The translations under genes were made by a program, and so were the position numbers. Below the pieces are notes generated by a model that saw only the letters and a program-made list of their open reading frames with translations, did no database searches and had not been told where the DNA came from. Below are positions 24,414 through 36,830 of a stretch of 64,000 nt of DNA, one piece after another. Source of the DNA: Octopus sinensis (Eukaryota); the NCBI RefSeq assembly GCF_006345805.1, contig NC_043023.1:14508001-14572000 (forward strand), read 5' to 3'. Position 1 is the stretch's first letter, and every line of letters starts with the position of its first letter.

Positions 24414-25215
24414 GGAGTGGCTGTGTGGTAAGTAGCTTGCTTACCAACCACATGGTTCCGGTTCAGTCCCACTGCGTGGCACCTTGGGCAAGTTTCTTCT
24501 ACTATAGCCTCGGGCCGACCAAAGCCTTGTGAGTGGATTTGGTAGACGGAAACTGAAAGAAGCCCGTCATATATCTGTATATATATATATGTATGTGTGT
24601 GTATATGTTTGTGTGACTGTTTGTCCCCCCCAACATTGCTTGATAACCGATGCTGGTATGTTTACGTCCCTGTAATTTAGCGGTTCGGCAAAAGAGACCA
24701 ATAGAATAAGTACTAGGCTTACAAAGAATAAGCTCTGGGGTCGATTTGCTCGACTAAAGGCGGCGCTCCAGCATGGCCGCAGTCAAATGACTGAAACAAG
24801 TAAAAGAGTAAACTTAGCGGTTCGGCAAAAGAGACAATAGAATAAGTACTAGGCTTACAAAGAATAAGCTCTGGGGTCGATTTGCTCGACTAAAGGCGGC
24901 GCTCCAGCATGGCCGCAGTCAAATGACTGAAACAAGTAAAAGAGTAAACTTAGCGGTTCGGCAAAAGAGACCAATAGAATAAGTACTAGGCTTACAAAGA
25001 ATAAGCTCTGGGGTCGATTTGCTCGACTAAAGGCGGCGCTCCAGCATGGCCGCAGTCAAATGACTGAAACAAGTAAAAGAGTAAACTTAGCGGTTCGGCA
25101 AAAGAGACCAATAGAATAAGTACTAGGCTTACAAAGAATAAGCTCTGGGGTCGATTTGCTCGACTAAAGGCGGCGCTCCAGCATGGCCACAGACAAATGA
25201 CTGAAACAAGTAAAA
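24178..25215 (+). mobile_element. SINE family A with two heads and a 136-bp tail module x4
   Basis: AACTTAGCGG at 24811, 24947, 25084. Confidence 0.88.
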
Positions 25216-25278
25216 GAATAAAAGAAAAGAAAGAAAGAATAAAGATAAAAAAAAACAGAACAAAAAACAAAAACATAC

Positions 25279-25863
25279 CTTGAACAACTCTTCGAGGCGG
25301 CTGTCACAGTCGTCAGTGACCTTCAGGTGGTCAAGCATGCAATTTTCCCCAGCCCCCAGATTTATACTGGACATTTGTGGAGAAATTGAAACCGCACTCC
25401 CTGCTTTACTGTCGTGTTGACTGTAGTCCTTGTTTGTGGACAGGGATTCATAGAAAACATTCCGTCGGTTTCTTTGCGCGGCAACAGGAGGTGAAAGAGT
25501 GGTAGCAGTAGTAGGAGCAGCAGCAGCAGTAGTAGTTGTAGTAGTAGCAGAAGTACCAGAGGCTGTAGTAATAGTAGTAGTAGCAGCAGCGGTAGTAGAC
25601 ATAAGTGAAGAAGCAGCAATAAGCATAGGTGTTTTAGTAGCAGTAGAAGCAGTGGTAACAGCAGCAGTAGCAGTAGTGGTAGTAGTAGTAGCAGCAGTGA
25701 TGTTGCTGTTAACATTTCTCAAGTTGGAGGTCTTCATTGTCACAGTGCGACTACTGGCACAAGAGCTGCTAGACAGAGAACGCTGGAACAGCCGTGGTCG
25801 CACAACAGGGTCCAGCTGTTTGCCAACTTCCCCTTGTCTCTCGGATCGTCTCTTGTGCATGTC
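25279..25863 (-). CDS. CEP131: CEP131 coding exon 8: DMHKRRSE...Thr/Ala-rich tract...RLEELFK
   Basis: ttggcag acceptor, gtatgt donor; 585 nt, phase 0/0. Confidence 0.88.
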
Positions 25864-26649
25864 CTGCCAACGAAGGAAACAAAACAGAGTGAGACTTTTC
25901 AGTAAATTGTGATGACAATAGGTAAGAGAGGACAATAATGGATTGCTCATTAAAACACCTTGATCACTTAAACCCTTTTGTTACCATATTACTCGGCTGG
26001 ACCCACCAAGCCATTTGATGTTAAAAAACATTATATTATATTTTTATAATTAAATACGATTAGAAATTGGATAAAAAGAATTATTGAAATATTTTGCGTA
26101 TTGTAGAAATCAAAATCAAAATCAAATTCGATGACTGGCATCCGTGCTACCAAGGTGCAAAGAGCACCATATGAGTGTGATCGTTGACAGAGCGGTTCAC
26201 CGGCTTCTGTGCCAGTGGCACATAAAAGGCACCATTCAAGTGTGATCGTTACCAGCGTCACCTTACTGGCACTCGAGCCCCGTGCTAGTAGGATGTTAAG
26301 AGCACCATCCGAGCATGATCGTTGCCAGAGCGGTTATTTGGCCTCCATGCCAGTGGCACGTAAAAGACACCATTCAAGCATGATTGTTACCAGCATTGTC
26401 TTACTGTCACCTGTGCCAGTGGCATGTGTAAAAAGATTTGAGCGAGGTCATTGCCAGTACCACCTGACTGGCCCCCCCTGCTGGTGGCGTGTAAAAGCAC
26501 CCACTACAATCACGGAGTGGTTGGTGTTAGGAAGGGCATCCAGCTGTAGAAACTCTGCCAAATCAAGATTGGAGCCTGGTGCAGCCATCTGGATCACCAG
26601 CCCTCAGTCAAATCGTCCAACCCATATTAGCATAGAAAGCGGACGTTAA

Positions 26650-27070
26650 ACGATGATGATGATGAGGATGATGCAGGTGGTGATGATGATGGTGATGATG
26701 ATGGTGATGATGATGGTGGTGATGATGATGATGATGATGGTGGTGGTGATGATGATGGTGGTGGTGGTGATGACGACGGTGATGGTGATGATGATGGTGG
26801 TGGTGATGATGATGGTGGTGGTGATGATGATGGTGGTGATGATGATGATGATGTTGATGGTGATGATGACGATGGTGGTGGTGGTGACGACGACGACGAT
26901 GGTGAAGATGATGATGATGATGGTGGTGGTAGTGATGTTGATGATGTTGATGGTGATGATGATATGGTTGATGATGATGATGATGGTGATGGTGTTGATG
27001 ATGATGATGATGATGATGTTGGTGATGATGATGGTGATGATGGTGGTGATAGTGGTTTTAACGATGATGG
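26650..27070. repeat. (GAT/GGT)n expansion at the tail of a family C copy (26120-26660)
   Basis: Directly follows GGACGTTAAACGATGAT. Confidence 0.92.
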
Positions 27071-27123
27071 AGGAAGACAACGGAGATGATAGTGAAAACA
27101 ATTATAAAGTAATTAATGCTTAC

Positions 27124-27657
27124 CTGTATCGCTTTCTGACGACTCTCCTTCGCCCGGATCTCCTTCAGTATTTCTCTCTCTGTTGCCTTGTCCTTCTTCC
27201 TCAGCGCCTCGTCCCTTTCCTCTCGCTGCTGCTGGATAATCTCCTGCCTCTTCTGCATCAACAACCTCTTCATCGCAGCCTCGCATGCCTTCCTACGCAC
27301 CCTGTGCCGCCGGTACCATTGCTGGATCATCGTCGCCGCCGTTGCTTCACTCATCAGCGTCCCCGCTTGGGCGTTGGCCGTCAAATTTGCCGATGACGGA
27401 TTGGACATCATACTGACGACGGCATTGACAGGGGATGGACTTTTAAGCCAGGACGACGGGGCTGCATTTGTATTGCTGTTGACATAGTTGACGCGGTTCG
27501 ATTCAGAACTGGAGAGGTGGGCCATGAAGGCTGATTTGTTGCTGCCTGCGTGGCTGTGGCTTGATCGCATGGATGCTGCACTGTTGATGCGGTTTACGGA
27601 CGACATGGACTTGGAAAACAAGTTCGGAGGTTCTGATTGGTTAGAATCCTTTCTGAC
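27124..27657 (-). CDS. CEP131: CEP131 coding exon 7 with IQ-like motif (AATMIQQWYRRHRVRRKA)...ESRQKAIQ
   Basis: tttttag acceptor, gtaagc donor; 534 nt, phase 0/0; parallels human TIQRWYRHQVQRR...ARRAAIQ. Confidence 0.93.
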
Positions 27658-27883
27658 CTAAAAAGAAACCCCAAAGGAATATATATATACACATATATAT
27701 ATATTTATATATAAGGGGTGGCTTATCCTGTTCAGGTTATATTATTAGCATTATCCTGCGTTTGAGAATTTAAAATCACTTCTTTAACTTTCTAAGACAT
27801 CCCAATGCTTCTAAAGCAACTTAATTTGTTTGTTTACTTTCATCACAATTTTAATATATGTATGTATATATATATATATATAT

Positions 27884-28061
27884 AACTTATAAATATGGGC
27901 AAATTAAAAAATTTTCTAATGCCAAATATGCCAAAAATTAGACACATTGTCCATAACCATTATAATTTTTTGTGAAAAATTATAATGGTTAAGGACAATG
28001 TGTCTAATTTTTGGCATATTTGGCATTAGAAAATTTTTTCGTTTGCCCTCATTTATAAGTT
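27884..28061. repeat. Near-perfect palindrome: 87-bp arms, 4-nt loop
   Basis: 27884-27970 is the reverse complement of 27975-28061 with about 5 mismatches. Confidence 0.92.
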
Positions 28062-28927
28062 GTTTATAGATTTAACCGTTAAAGGTATTTTTTAATATGC
28101 TGGTCATTGATAAAATTTTTTTTCGAAAAAATTTTATCCTACATTAAATATATATATATAAGTCTACATACATACACACACACATATATATTATGTATAT
28201 ATATCAATAAAAAAATCAATGGAAATTGTAGTTGTGATACCAGTGCTGGTGGCACGTAAAAAGATCCATCCGAACGTTGCTGTTGGCAGCTCCGCCTCGA
28301 CTGGCCTCCGTGCTGGTGGCACGTAAAAAACACCAACCGATCGTGGCCATTGACAGCCTCCCCTGGTACTTGTGCCGGTGGCACGTAAAAAGCACCCACT
28401 ACACTCACGGAGTGGTTGGCGTTAGGAAGGGCATCAAGCAGTAGAAACACTGCCAGATCAGACTGGAGCCTGGTGCAGCCTTCTGGCTTCCCAGACTCCG
28501 GTCGAACCGTCCAACCCATGCTAGCATGGAAAATGGACGTTAAACGATGATGATGATGATGATGAATATATATATGTAATTCATAGATGAGCTCCAGGTA
28601 TTCTCCAAATAGAAATATAATATACTCAGAGTGCTCAGGTGATTTAAACTTGTGCCGGTACAGAAGTAAATGTAAGGATAAGCAGATTAGACATAAAAAT
28701 ATAAAGTATATTTAACCCTTTAGTGTTCAGATTACTCTGTTAAATGTAATTCTTTTTCACTCAAATTGTTTTGAATTAATCATGCATTATGTTATATCTT
28801 TGAGGTTTCAATGATGTAATTGTCTATTTTTAGAATGTCAATGTAGGTTAGGTGTAAGAGGCTGGATATGGCCAGTTTGAATATAAAACATGTAGAATAT
28901 CTGGGCCAGATATGGCCAGTTTAAACA

Positions 28928-29243
28928 TTAACCCCTTACCCAACAATTATTTTGAAAATAAATGTATTTTTTCAGACATATTTTTTAATTGTTTTAATTT
29001 ACTATGTTTTGAATGGTGATTTCGAGGTATATTTCAAACCTTATTTATTATGAATTTTAATTCAATAATATTGATTTTAAATTACCGCTTTGGGCAGAAA
29101 CGAGTTAACCCGTTTTTAGACGAAGGAACTCATTTGCTGTCGATTTTGGCAAGTCTATCTTTTGACGAATTAACTCGCCAGAGATAGAAAAAAACGATTT
29201 CGGTCAAAACGCATATATTCGTTTCTGCTGGGTAAGGGGTTAA
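28928..29243. mobile_element. piggyBac-like MITE
   Basis: TTAACCCCTTACCCA ... TGGGTAAGGGGTTAA terminal inverted repeats with TTAA ends. Confidence 0.7.
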
Positions 29244-29284
29244 AGAGTTTCATGAGAAAAATGTTAGAGAAATGTTGAATTTAC

Positions 29285-29504
29285 CTGGTTAATAGGTGCT
29301 TTGGATTTGAAATTTTGGTAGGAATTTTCAATGCTGGATAAGGAGGCTTTGGCCTGTGGTGACATGGCTTGGGATGTCATGTTATTGGCAATGCTTGTGA
29401 GACTGCGTGGTGTGTTGCAGGAACTGCTCAGCATGGTGCGGTGGCTGTTCAGTGCATCATCCATTCCAGAGAAAACACTGAAGGGTTTCTGGTTATCGGA
29501 TAAG
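29285..29504 (-). CDS. CEP131: CEP131 coding exon 6: LSDNQKPFSVFSGMDD...KAPINQ
   Basis: ttccag acceptor, gtaaat donor; 220 nt, phase 2 to 0. Confidence 0.85.
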
Positions 29505-29754
29505 CTGGAATGAGAAAGAATAAGCTTCTATAATAATAATAATAATAATAATAAATGTAAATTCTGTCTGTGTGTCCATCTGTCTAGGACCTCTGGATCT
29601 CGGTCTACATTCGCTCTAGATAACTTTATTGGCCACACAGGGCTGAACCTGGAGGGGACAAATACAAATGTAGGGCTTTTTCTTTTTGAAAATGAAAAAA
29701 AAAGGGGGAAAAAACGAGAAAAAAAAATTCTAATCAAAAGGGATCACTCTCTTA

Positions 29755-30212
29755 TTCCTTACTCTTTAGCTTGTTTCAGTCATTTGACTGCGGCCATGCT
29801 GGAGCACCGCCTTTAGTCGAGCAAATCGACCCCCCAGGACTTATTCTTTGTAAGCCTAGTACTTATTCTATCGGTCTCTTTTGCCGAACCACTAAGTTAC
29901 GGGGGGACGTAAACACACCAGCATCAGTTGTCAAGCGATGTTGGGGAGACAAACACAGACACACAAACATATACATGCACATACATACATATACACTCAC
30001 ACACACACATATATATATATATAGTTAATCCAAACATGAAAGCACAAAAAAACACAACAACGTGGAACAAATATAGTAAGTATTATTGGACGCTCAGGAA
30101 AGAAGGAGGGTTTAACGTTTCGAGCGGAGCTCTTCGTTGGAAGCATAGGAGAAGGAAAGATCCAGAGAAGAGAAGACAGAGGAAAAAAAATCGCCAACGG
30201 TACACACGCAGT

Positions 30213-30264
<52 letters not shown>

Positions 30265-30795
30265 TATACATATAAACGACGGGCTTCTTTCAGTTTCTAT
30301 CTACCAAATCCACTCACAAGGCTTTGGTCAGCCTGCGACTATATTAGAAGACACTTGCTCAAGGTGCCACGCAGTGGGACTGAACCCGGAACCATGTGGT
30401 TCGTAAGCAAGCTACTTACCACACAGCCACTCCTACGCCTACATATATATGACGGGCTTCTTTCAGTTTCCGTCTACCAAATCCACTCACAAGGCTTTGG
30501 TCGACCTGAGGCTATAGTAGAAGACACTTGCCCAAGGTGCCATGCAGTGGGACTGAACCCGGAACCATGTGATTCGTAAGCAAGCTACTTACCACACAGC
30601 CACTCCTACGCCTACAGATATACATATATACGACGGGCTTCTTTCAGTTTCCGTCTACCAAATCCACTCACAAGGCTTTGGTCAGCCTGTGGCTATAGCA
30701 GAAGACACTTGCTCAAGGTGCCACGCAGTGGGACTGAACCTGAAACCATGTGGTTTGTAAGCAAGCTACTTACCACACAGCCACTCCTACGCCTA
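29755..30795 (-). mobile_element. SINE family A with multiple heads, hosting a Penelope-like element in its microsatellite
   Basis: Tail 29755-30000, heads 30280-30795. Confidence 0.8.
30023..30211 (-). mobile_element. Short Penelope-like element, copy 2, with minimal hammerhead-like core
   Basis: Minus strand GCTT-CCAACGA-A-GAGC-TCC-GCTC-GAAACGTT-AAAC; inserted in (TA/CA)n. Confidence 0.5.
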
Positions 30796-30989
30796 TTATA
30801 GTTATACTATTTAACTCTCTCTAGTTTGGCACTGCAGGCCCAAATAGCCCTCCACTTGAGCCAGCATTTAAGTCTGTACGGGGTGTGGCTTTTAACCTAG
30901 TCTATAATAATAAATGCAAAATTCTGTCTGTCCATTTCTCTGAGACTCCTGTATTGCAGTCTACATCTGCTCTGCATAAACATATTATA

Positions 30990-31760
30990 CCTATTTCTTT
31001 ACTGCCCACATAGAGAGGACAAACAAGGACAGACAAAGGGATTAAGTCGATTATATTGACCCCAGTGCGTAACTGGTAGTTAATTTATCGACCCCAAAGG
31101 GATGAAAGGCAAATTCGACCTCGGCGGAATTTGAACTCAGAACAATAGCGGCAGACGAAATACCTTTTTCTTTACTACCCACAAGGGGCTAAACATAAAG
31201 GGGACAAACAAGGACAGACAAAGAGATTAAGTCAATTATATTGACCCCAGTGCATAACTGGTACTTAATTTATCGACCCCGAAGGGATGAAAGGCAAATT
31301 CGACCTCGACGGAATTTGAACTCAGAACGTAGCGGCAGACGAAATACCTATTTCTTTACTACCCACAAGGGGGTAAACATAGAGAGGACAAACAAGGACA
31401 GACAAAAAGATTAAGTCGATTATATTGACCCCAGTGTGTAACTGGCAATTATTTTATCAACCCCGAAAGGATGAAAGGCAATGTTGACCTCGGCGGAATT
31501 TGAACTCAGAACATAGCGGCAGACGAAATACCTATTTCATTACTACCCACAAGGGGGTAAACATAGAGAGGATAAACAAGGACAGACAAAGGGATTAAGT
31601 CGATTATATTGACCCCAATGCGTAACTGGTACTTAATTTATCGACCCCGAAGGAATGAAAGGCAAATTCGACCTCGGCAGAATTTGAACTCAGAACGTAG
31701 CGGCAAATGTAATACCGCTAAGCATTTCACCCAGCATGCTAACGTTTCTGCCAGCTCGCA
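30990..31760 (-). mobile_element. SINE family B tetramer
   Basis: Four units, same junction. Confidence 0.87.
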
Positions 31761-33292
31761 CAGACATATTATACCGTTTTGGAATCGAGATGATCCCGGG
31801 ATTGAAAGTCTGCCCTTCATTGGAATCTTATTTAACAGCATCTGGGTTGCTATTTCTAGCAGGTAAAGCGACCGTGTGAAGTTTCAAAGCCATAATATTT
31901 AAAGAGATAGGTAAACGGTTTACAAGAGTTACCTCCCTTAGCTTGAAGCTTTACTAAGGTATTTGGTGGTTGTTTTAACTATTACAGTCATCAGACTGCG
32001 GTCATGCTGGGGCAACACCTTGAGTAATTTTAATTGAACAAATCGACACCAGTTCTTTCCTTTTTATGCCTGGTACTTTTTTTTTATTGGCCTCTTTCGC
32101 CAAACCTCTAAGTTACGTGAACGTAAACACACCAACACCGGTTACCAAGTAGTGGTAAGGGACAAACACAGACACACAGCCACAATATATATATATATTC
32201 TTTTACTTGTTTCAGTCATTTGACTGCGGCCATGCTGGAGCACCGCCTTTTAGTCAAAGAAATCGACCCCCAGGACTTGTTCTTTGTAAGCCTGGTACTT
32301 ATTCTATCGGTCTTTTTTGCTGAGCCACTAAGTTATGGGGAAGGTAAACAACACACCTACATCAGTTGTCAAGCGTTGGTGATGGGGGGGGGGACAAACA
32401 CAAACATATATATGCACATACATACATATATACGACGGGCTTCTTTCAGTTTCCCTCAACTAAATCCATTCACAAAAATATACGAACATACATACATACA
32501 TACATATATATATATATCCAAGCGTGGCCGTTTGCCAGCCTCGTCTGGCACCTGTGTCGGTGGCACATAAAATCACCCACTACACTCTCGGAGTGGTTGG
32601 CGTTAGGAAGGGCATCCAGCTGTAGAAACACTGCTAGATCAGACTGGAGCCTGGTGCAGCCTTCGGGCTCCCCAGACCCCAGTTGAACCGTCCAACCCAT
32701 GCTAGCATGGAAAGCGGACGTTAAATGATGATGATGATGATGATGATGATATATATATATATATATATACGACGGGCTTCTTTCAGTTTCCAAATCCACT
32801 TGCCAAATCCACTTGCCCAAGGTGCTACGCAGTGGGACTGAACCCGGAACAATGTGGTTGGTAAGCAAGCTACTTACCACACAGCCACTCCTGCGCCTAT
32901 GTTGTCTATTTTTTCTCTTAATTCCTTACATGTTCCTCTCCAATTCTGAGAGCTCGTGTATTTGTGTGTCTGTGTGTCCATTTGACTGCAACTGTATGTG
33001 TCTATGTCTGTAGGTTTCCGTAATTCTGGGTTATCTCGTTTCTGATCTGCATGACTCTGTCCTTCTAATTCTTTTACAGGTAATTCCACTGGAAGAACAT
33101 AGCTTAGTGGTTACAGGTGTTGGAGTCATGGTCTTAAGATTGTGGTTTCAATCCCTAGTCTGGGTGACACATTGTATTCTTGAGCAAAACACTTCATTTC
33201 ACATTGTTCCAGCCTATTTAACAGGTGTGAGTATAATTTTGTTGGTAAGGTGTAAGGGCCACAAGGGTCAAATTGAGGTCGGATATACTCAC

Positions 33293-33510
33293 CTATTTTT
33301 GGGGCTGAATGTTCTGGCTGCTTTGTTGAGGGAACGAGATAGTATCTCATCCACTTTCAGTTCAGCAATGGAATCGTCCGAGCTGAAACTGACCCCATTC
33401 AGGTAATGTATGTCTGCTGGGATGTCATCAGTCAGGTCGTCTTTGGCCAGCGGTTGACGTGGAGTGGTCTGAGTACTGGACATTGGCGACCTCGCAAATG
33501 GGCGTATGTC
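33293..33510 (-). CDS. CEP131: CEP131 coding exon 5: DIRPFARSPMSSTQ...ARTFSPKN
   Basis: catcag acceptor, gtgagt donor; 218 nt, phase 0 to 2. Confidence 0.8.
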
Positions 33511-33516
33511 CTGATG

Positions 33517-33554
<38 letters not shown>

Positions 33555-33556
<2 letters not shown>

Positions 33557-33973
33557 TTTTAAATTTTTCCACAAGGGCAGCAATTTTGGGGGAGGGAATG
33601 AGTTGGACCTCAGTGTCCAACTTGTATTTATTTTATTGACCCCTAAAAGATGAAAGGTAAAGTCGACCTCGGCAGAATTTGAACTCAGAATGTAGTGATG
33701 GAATGATAATAATAATATAATAATAATAATAATGATTTTAAATTTTTCCACAAGGGCAGCAATTTTGGGGGAGGGGACGAGTTAATTACTACATCGACCC
33801 CAGCGTTCAGCTGGTACTGATTTTATCAACCCTGAAAGGATGTAAGACAAAGTCAACCTCGGCGAAATTTGAACTAAGAATGCAAGGATGGACCAAATAC
33901 TGCTAAGCATTTTGCCCGGTGTGCCAACGATTCTACCAGCTTGCTGCCCAATAATAATATAATAATAATAATA

Positions 33974-34009
<36 letters not shown>

Positions 34010-34158
34010 TTTTAAATTTTTCCACAAGGGCAGCAATTTTGGGGGAGGGAATGAGTTGGACCTCAGTGTCCAACTTGTATTTATTTTATTGACCCCTAAA
34101 AGATGAAAGGTAAAGTCGACCTCGGCAGAATTTGAACTCAGAATGTAGTGATGGAATG

Positions 34159-34189
<31 letters not shown>

Positions 34190-34419
34190 TTTTAAATTTT
34201 TCCACAAGGGCAGCAATTTTGGGGGAGGGGACGAGTTAATTACTACATCGACCCCAGCGTTCAGCTGGTACTGATTTTATCAACCCTGAAAGGATGTAAG
34301 ACAAAGTCAACCTCGGCGAAATTTGAACTAAGAATGCAAGGATGGACCAAATACTGCTAAGCATTTTGCCCGGTGTGCCAACGATTCTACCAGCTTGCTG
34401 CCCAATAATAATAATAATA

Positions 34420-34459
<40 letters not shown>

Positions 34460-34460
34460 C
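33555..34460. repeat. About 453-bp direct duplication of SINE-B-like fragments with (AAT)n
   Basis: GATTTTAAATTTTTCC at 33555 and 34008; near identical except microsatellite length. Confidence 0.85.
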
Positions 34461-34799
34461 ATCATCATCGTCTAACGTCCGTTTTCCGTGCTAGCACGGG
34501 TTGGCCGGTTCGACCGGGGTCTGGGAAGCCAGGAGGCTGCACCAGGATCCAGTCTGATCTGGAAGTGTTTCTACAGCTGGATGCCCTTCCTACTGCCAAC
34601 CACTCCGTGAGTTTAGTGGGTGCTTTTTACGGGCCACCGGCACAGGGGCCAGGGGAGTCTGGCAGCGGCCATGATCGGTCGGTGCTTTTTACGTGCCACT
34701 GGCACAGAAGCCAGTCAAGGCGGCGCTGGCATCAGCCACGTTCGGATGGTGCTTTTTACGTGCCACCGGCACAAAAATAATAATAATAATCATAATAAT

Positions 34800-35351
34800 A
34801 ATAAATGCCCTTATGCAGTACCAGGCAGTGGCTCCTGATCTTAACTGATTGGAAGTGTTATCATGTACATTGTTTTGTCTTGGTATAAAAGAGGGTCTAC
34901 AGCAAATATTCTGCTCAATACTACAGATTTGCTTGTCAGTTGTTTGACTGTAACCAGTTGAGCATGTCCCTTAGTGGCTGATGATATGTGCATCTCTGAT
35001 CACGAGCAGAAGTAGTGGGGGAGCATCATAGCCATGTGTTGAGAAGGATTCTTTGGGGTTTGAACAATTCACCTGTGGAAACATGGGTGTTTTGTTCAAC
35101 ATACTTAAACAATCCTTATTCAGGGAACTTTTGAGTGGAATGGGCTACTCAACCTGAAGAAAATTCTAACTGGGCCCCACCTGCAAGGTCATGCGCTGTT
35201 TATCTTCATATGAGATCACCATGTTGCGCACATATGGTTGTGATGCATGTGCCTGGTGTACCCTTATCAGATGGGTAGTCATGATGGGTATACTGGGCTT
35301 TGTATATTTTACCCCAGTGTCACTTTGATGGCATGCACTGCTCTCTCACTC

Positions 35352-35386
<35 letters not shown>

Positions 35387-35390
35387 TAAT
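34800..35390 (+). mobile_element. Unclassified (AAT)n-tailed dispersed repeat (family F)
   Basis: Matches 15575-16290 and fragment 14028-14076. Confidence 0.7.
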
Positions 35391-35712
35391 CCTTTCTATT
35401 ATAGACACAACGCCTGAAATTTTGGGGGGGTGTAAGGGAAATAAGGGGTTAGAGAAGCAAGGAGGCATAGTGACAGAGAATTAAGGAGACGGCAGTAGGG
35501 AACAAGACAACAGAGACAGAGGGACAGTGAGACAAAAATGAGAGAGATAGAGAAGCAAGGGGACAGCATTAGGAAGCAAAGAAAAAGAGAGACAGGGTGG
35601 TAAGGGGTTAGAGGGGCAGGGAGACATAGAGACAGAGAGAGACATAGAGACAAAGAGAGACATTGAGACAGAGAGACAGTGAGACACAATAATACAACAG
35701 TAATAGACTCAC

Positions 35713-35806
35713 AGTGTTGAGATGTTGCGAAGGCTTCTTCGATCGAGCAGAGGTCGGCTTCTGCTTCTGTTTGTTGTTGTCACCAAACATTGAGGTGAAC
35801 ACATCA
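35713..35806 (-). CDS. CEP131: CEP131 coding exon 4: SDVFTSMFGDNNKQKQKPTSARSKKPSQHLNT
   Basis: (TC)n-ttacag acceptor, gtgagt donor; 94 nt, phase 2 to 0; DVFTSMFG resembles human DFLMLFE. Confidence 0.8.
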
Positions 35807-35807
35807 C

Positions 35808-35841
<34 letters not shown>

Positions 35842-35846
<5 letters not shown>

Positions 35847-36830
35847 TCAAAGACGTTCCAGCTGTGACCATCCCATCTTTTATTGAGACATAGTGTATCT
35901 AGGAGTACATTATCTAATGTATAGTATAACAGTATTAGTGGCTATAATTATTGTTGTTTAACCCCAGGTCAGTCTTGGTCCAGACAGACCTATGATTACA
36001 GATGTTCCAAATGTGACCATCCCATCGTTCATTCAGGCATAGTGTGTCTAGGACTACATTATCTAATGTATAGTATAGTAGTTAGTGTTAGTGGCTATAG
36101 GTGTTTTTGTTGTTTAGCCCCAGGTCAGCTCTGATCCAGTAGACCTATGATCAAAGACGTTCCTGCTGTGACCATCCCATCTTATTCAGGCATAGAGTAT
36201 CTAGGACTACTTTATCTAATGTATAGTATAGCAGTTAGTATTAGTGGTTATAGTTGTATAGTCCAAGGTCAGTTCTGATCCAGTAGACCTATGATCAAAG
36301 ACGTTCCTGCTGTGACCATCCCATCTTTTATTCAGACATAGTGTATCTAGGACTACATTATCCAAAGTACAGTATAGCAATTAGTGTAAGAGGCTTTAAG
36401 TGTTGTTTAACCTCATACCAGTTCTTACCCAGTAAACCTATGATCAAAGACGTTCCAGCTGTGACCATCCCATCTTTGATTCAGACATAGTGTATCTCGG
36501 ACTATTTTATCTAATGTATAGTACAATAATTAGTATTAGTGGCTATAGTTGGTGTTGATGATGATATTGTTGTTGTTAAGCCCCAGGTCAGTCCTAATCC
36601 AGTAGACCTATGATCAAAGATGTTCCAGCTGTGACCATCACATCTTTTATTCACACATAGTGTATCTGGGACTACATTATCTAATGTACAGTGTAGTGGT
36701 GAGTATTAATGGCTAGAGTTGTTACTGTTTAGCCCTGGGTCAATCCAGATCCAGACAGACCTATGATTAAAGACATTCCAGCTGTGACCATCTCATCGTC
36801 TATTCAGACACAGTGTACCTAGGACTATAT
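35842..36830. repeat. Diverged tandem array, about 145-170-bp unit x7
   Basis: ATGATCAAAGACGTTCCAGCTGTGACCATC recurs near 35842, 35992, 36147, 36291, 36440, 36610, 36763. Confidence 0.88.

Noticed and set aside
26646-27101. Poly-Met/Val and poly-Ile/Thr ORFs
   Set aside because: (GAT/GGT)n tail expansion
33555-34460. 453-bp duplication as a biological novelty
   Set aside because: Near-identical copies bounded by (AAT)n; cannot distinguish from assembly duplication without reads
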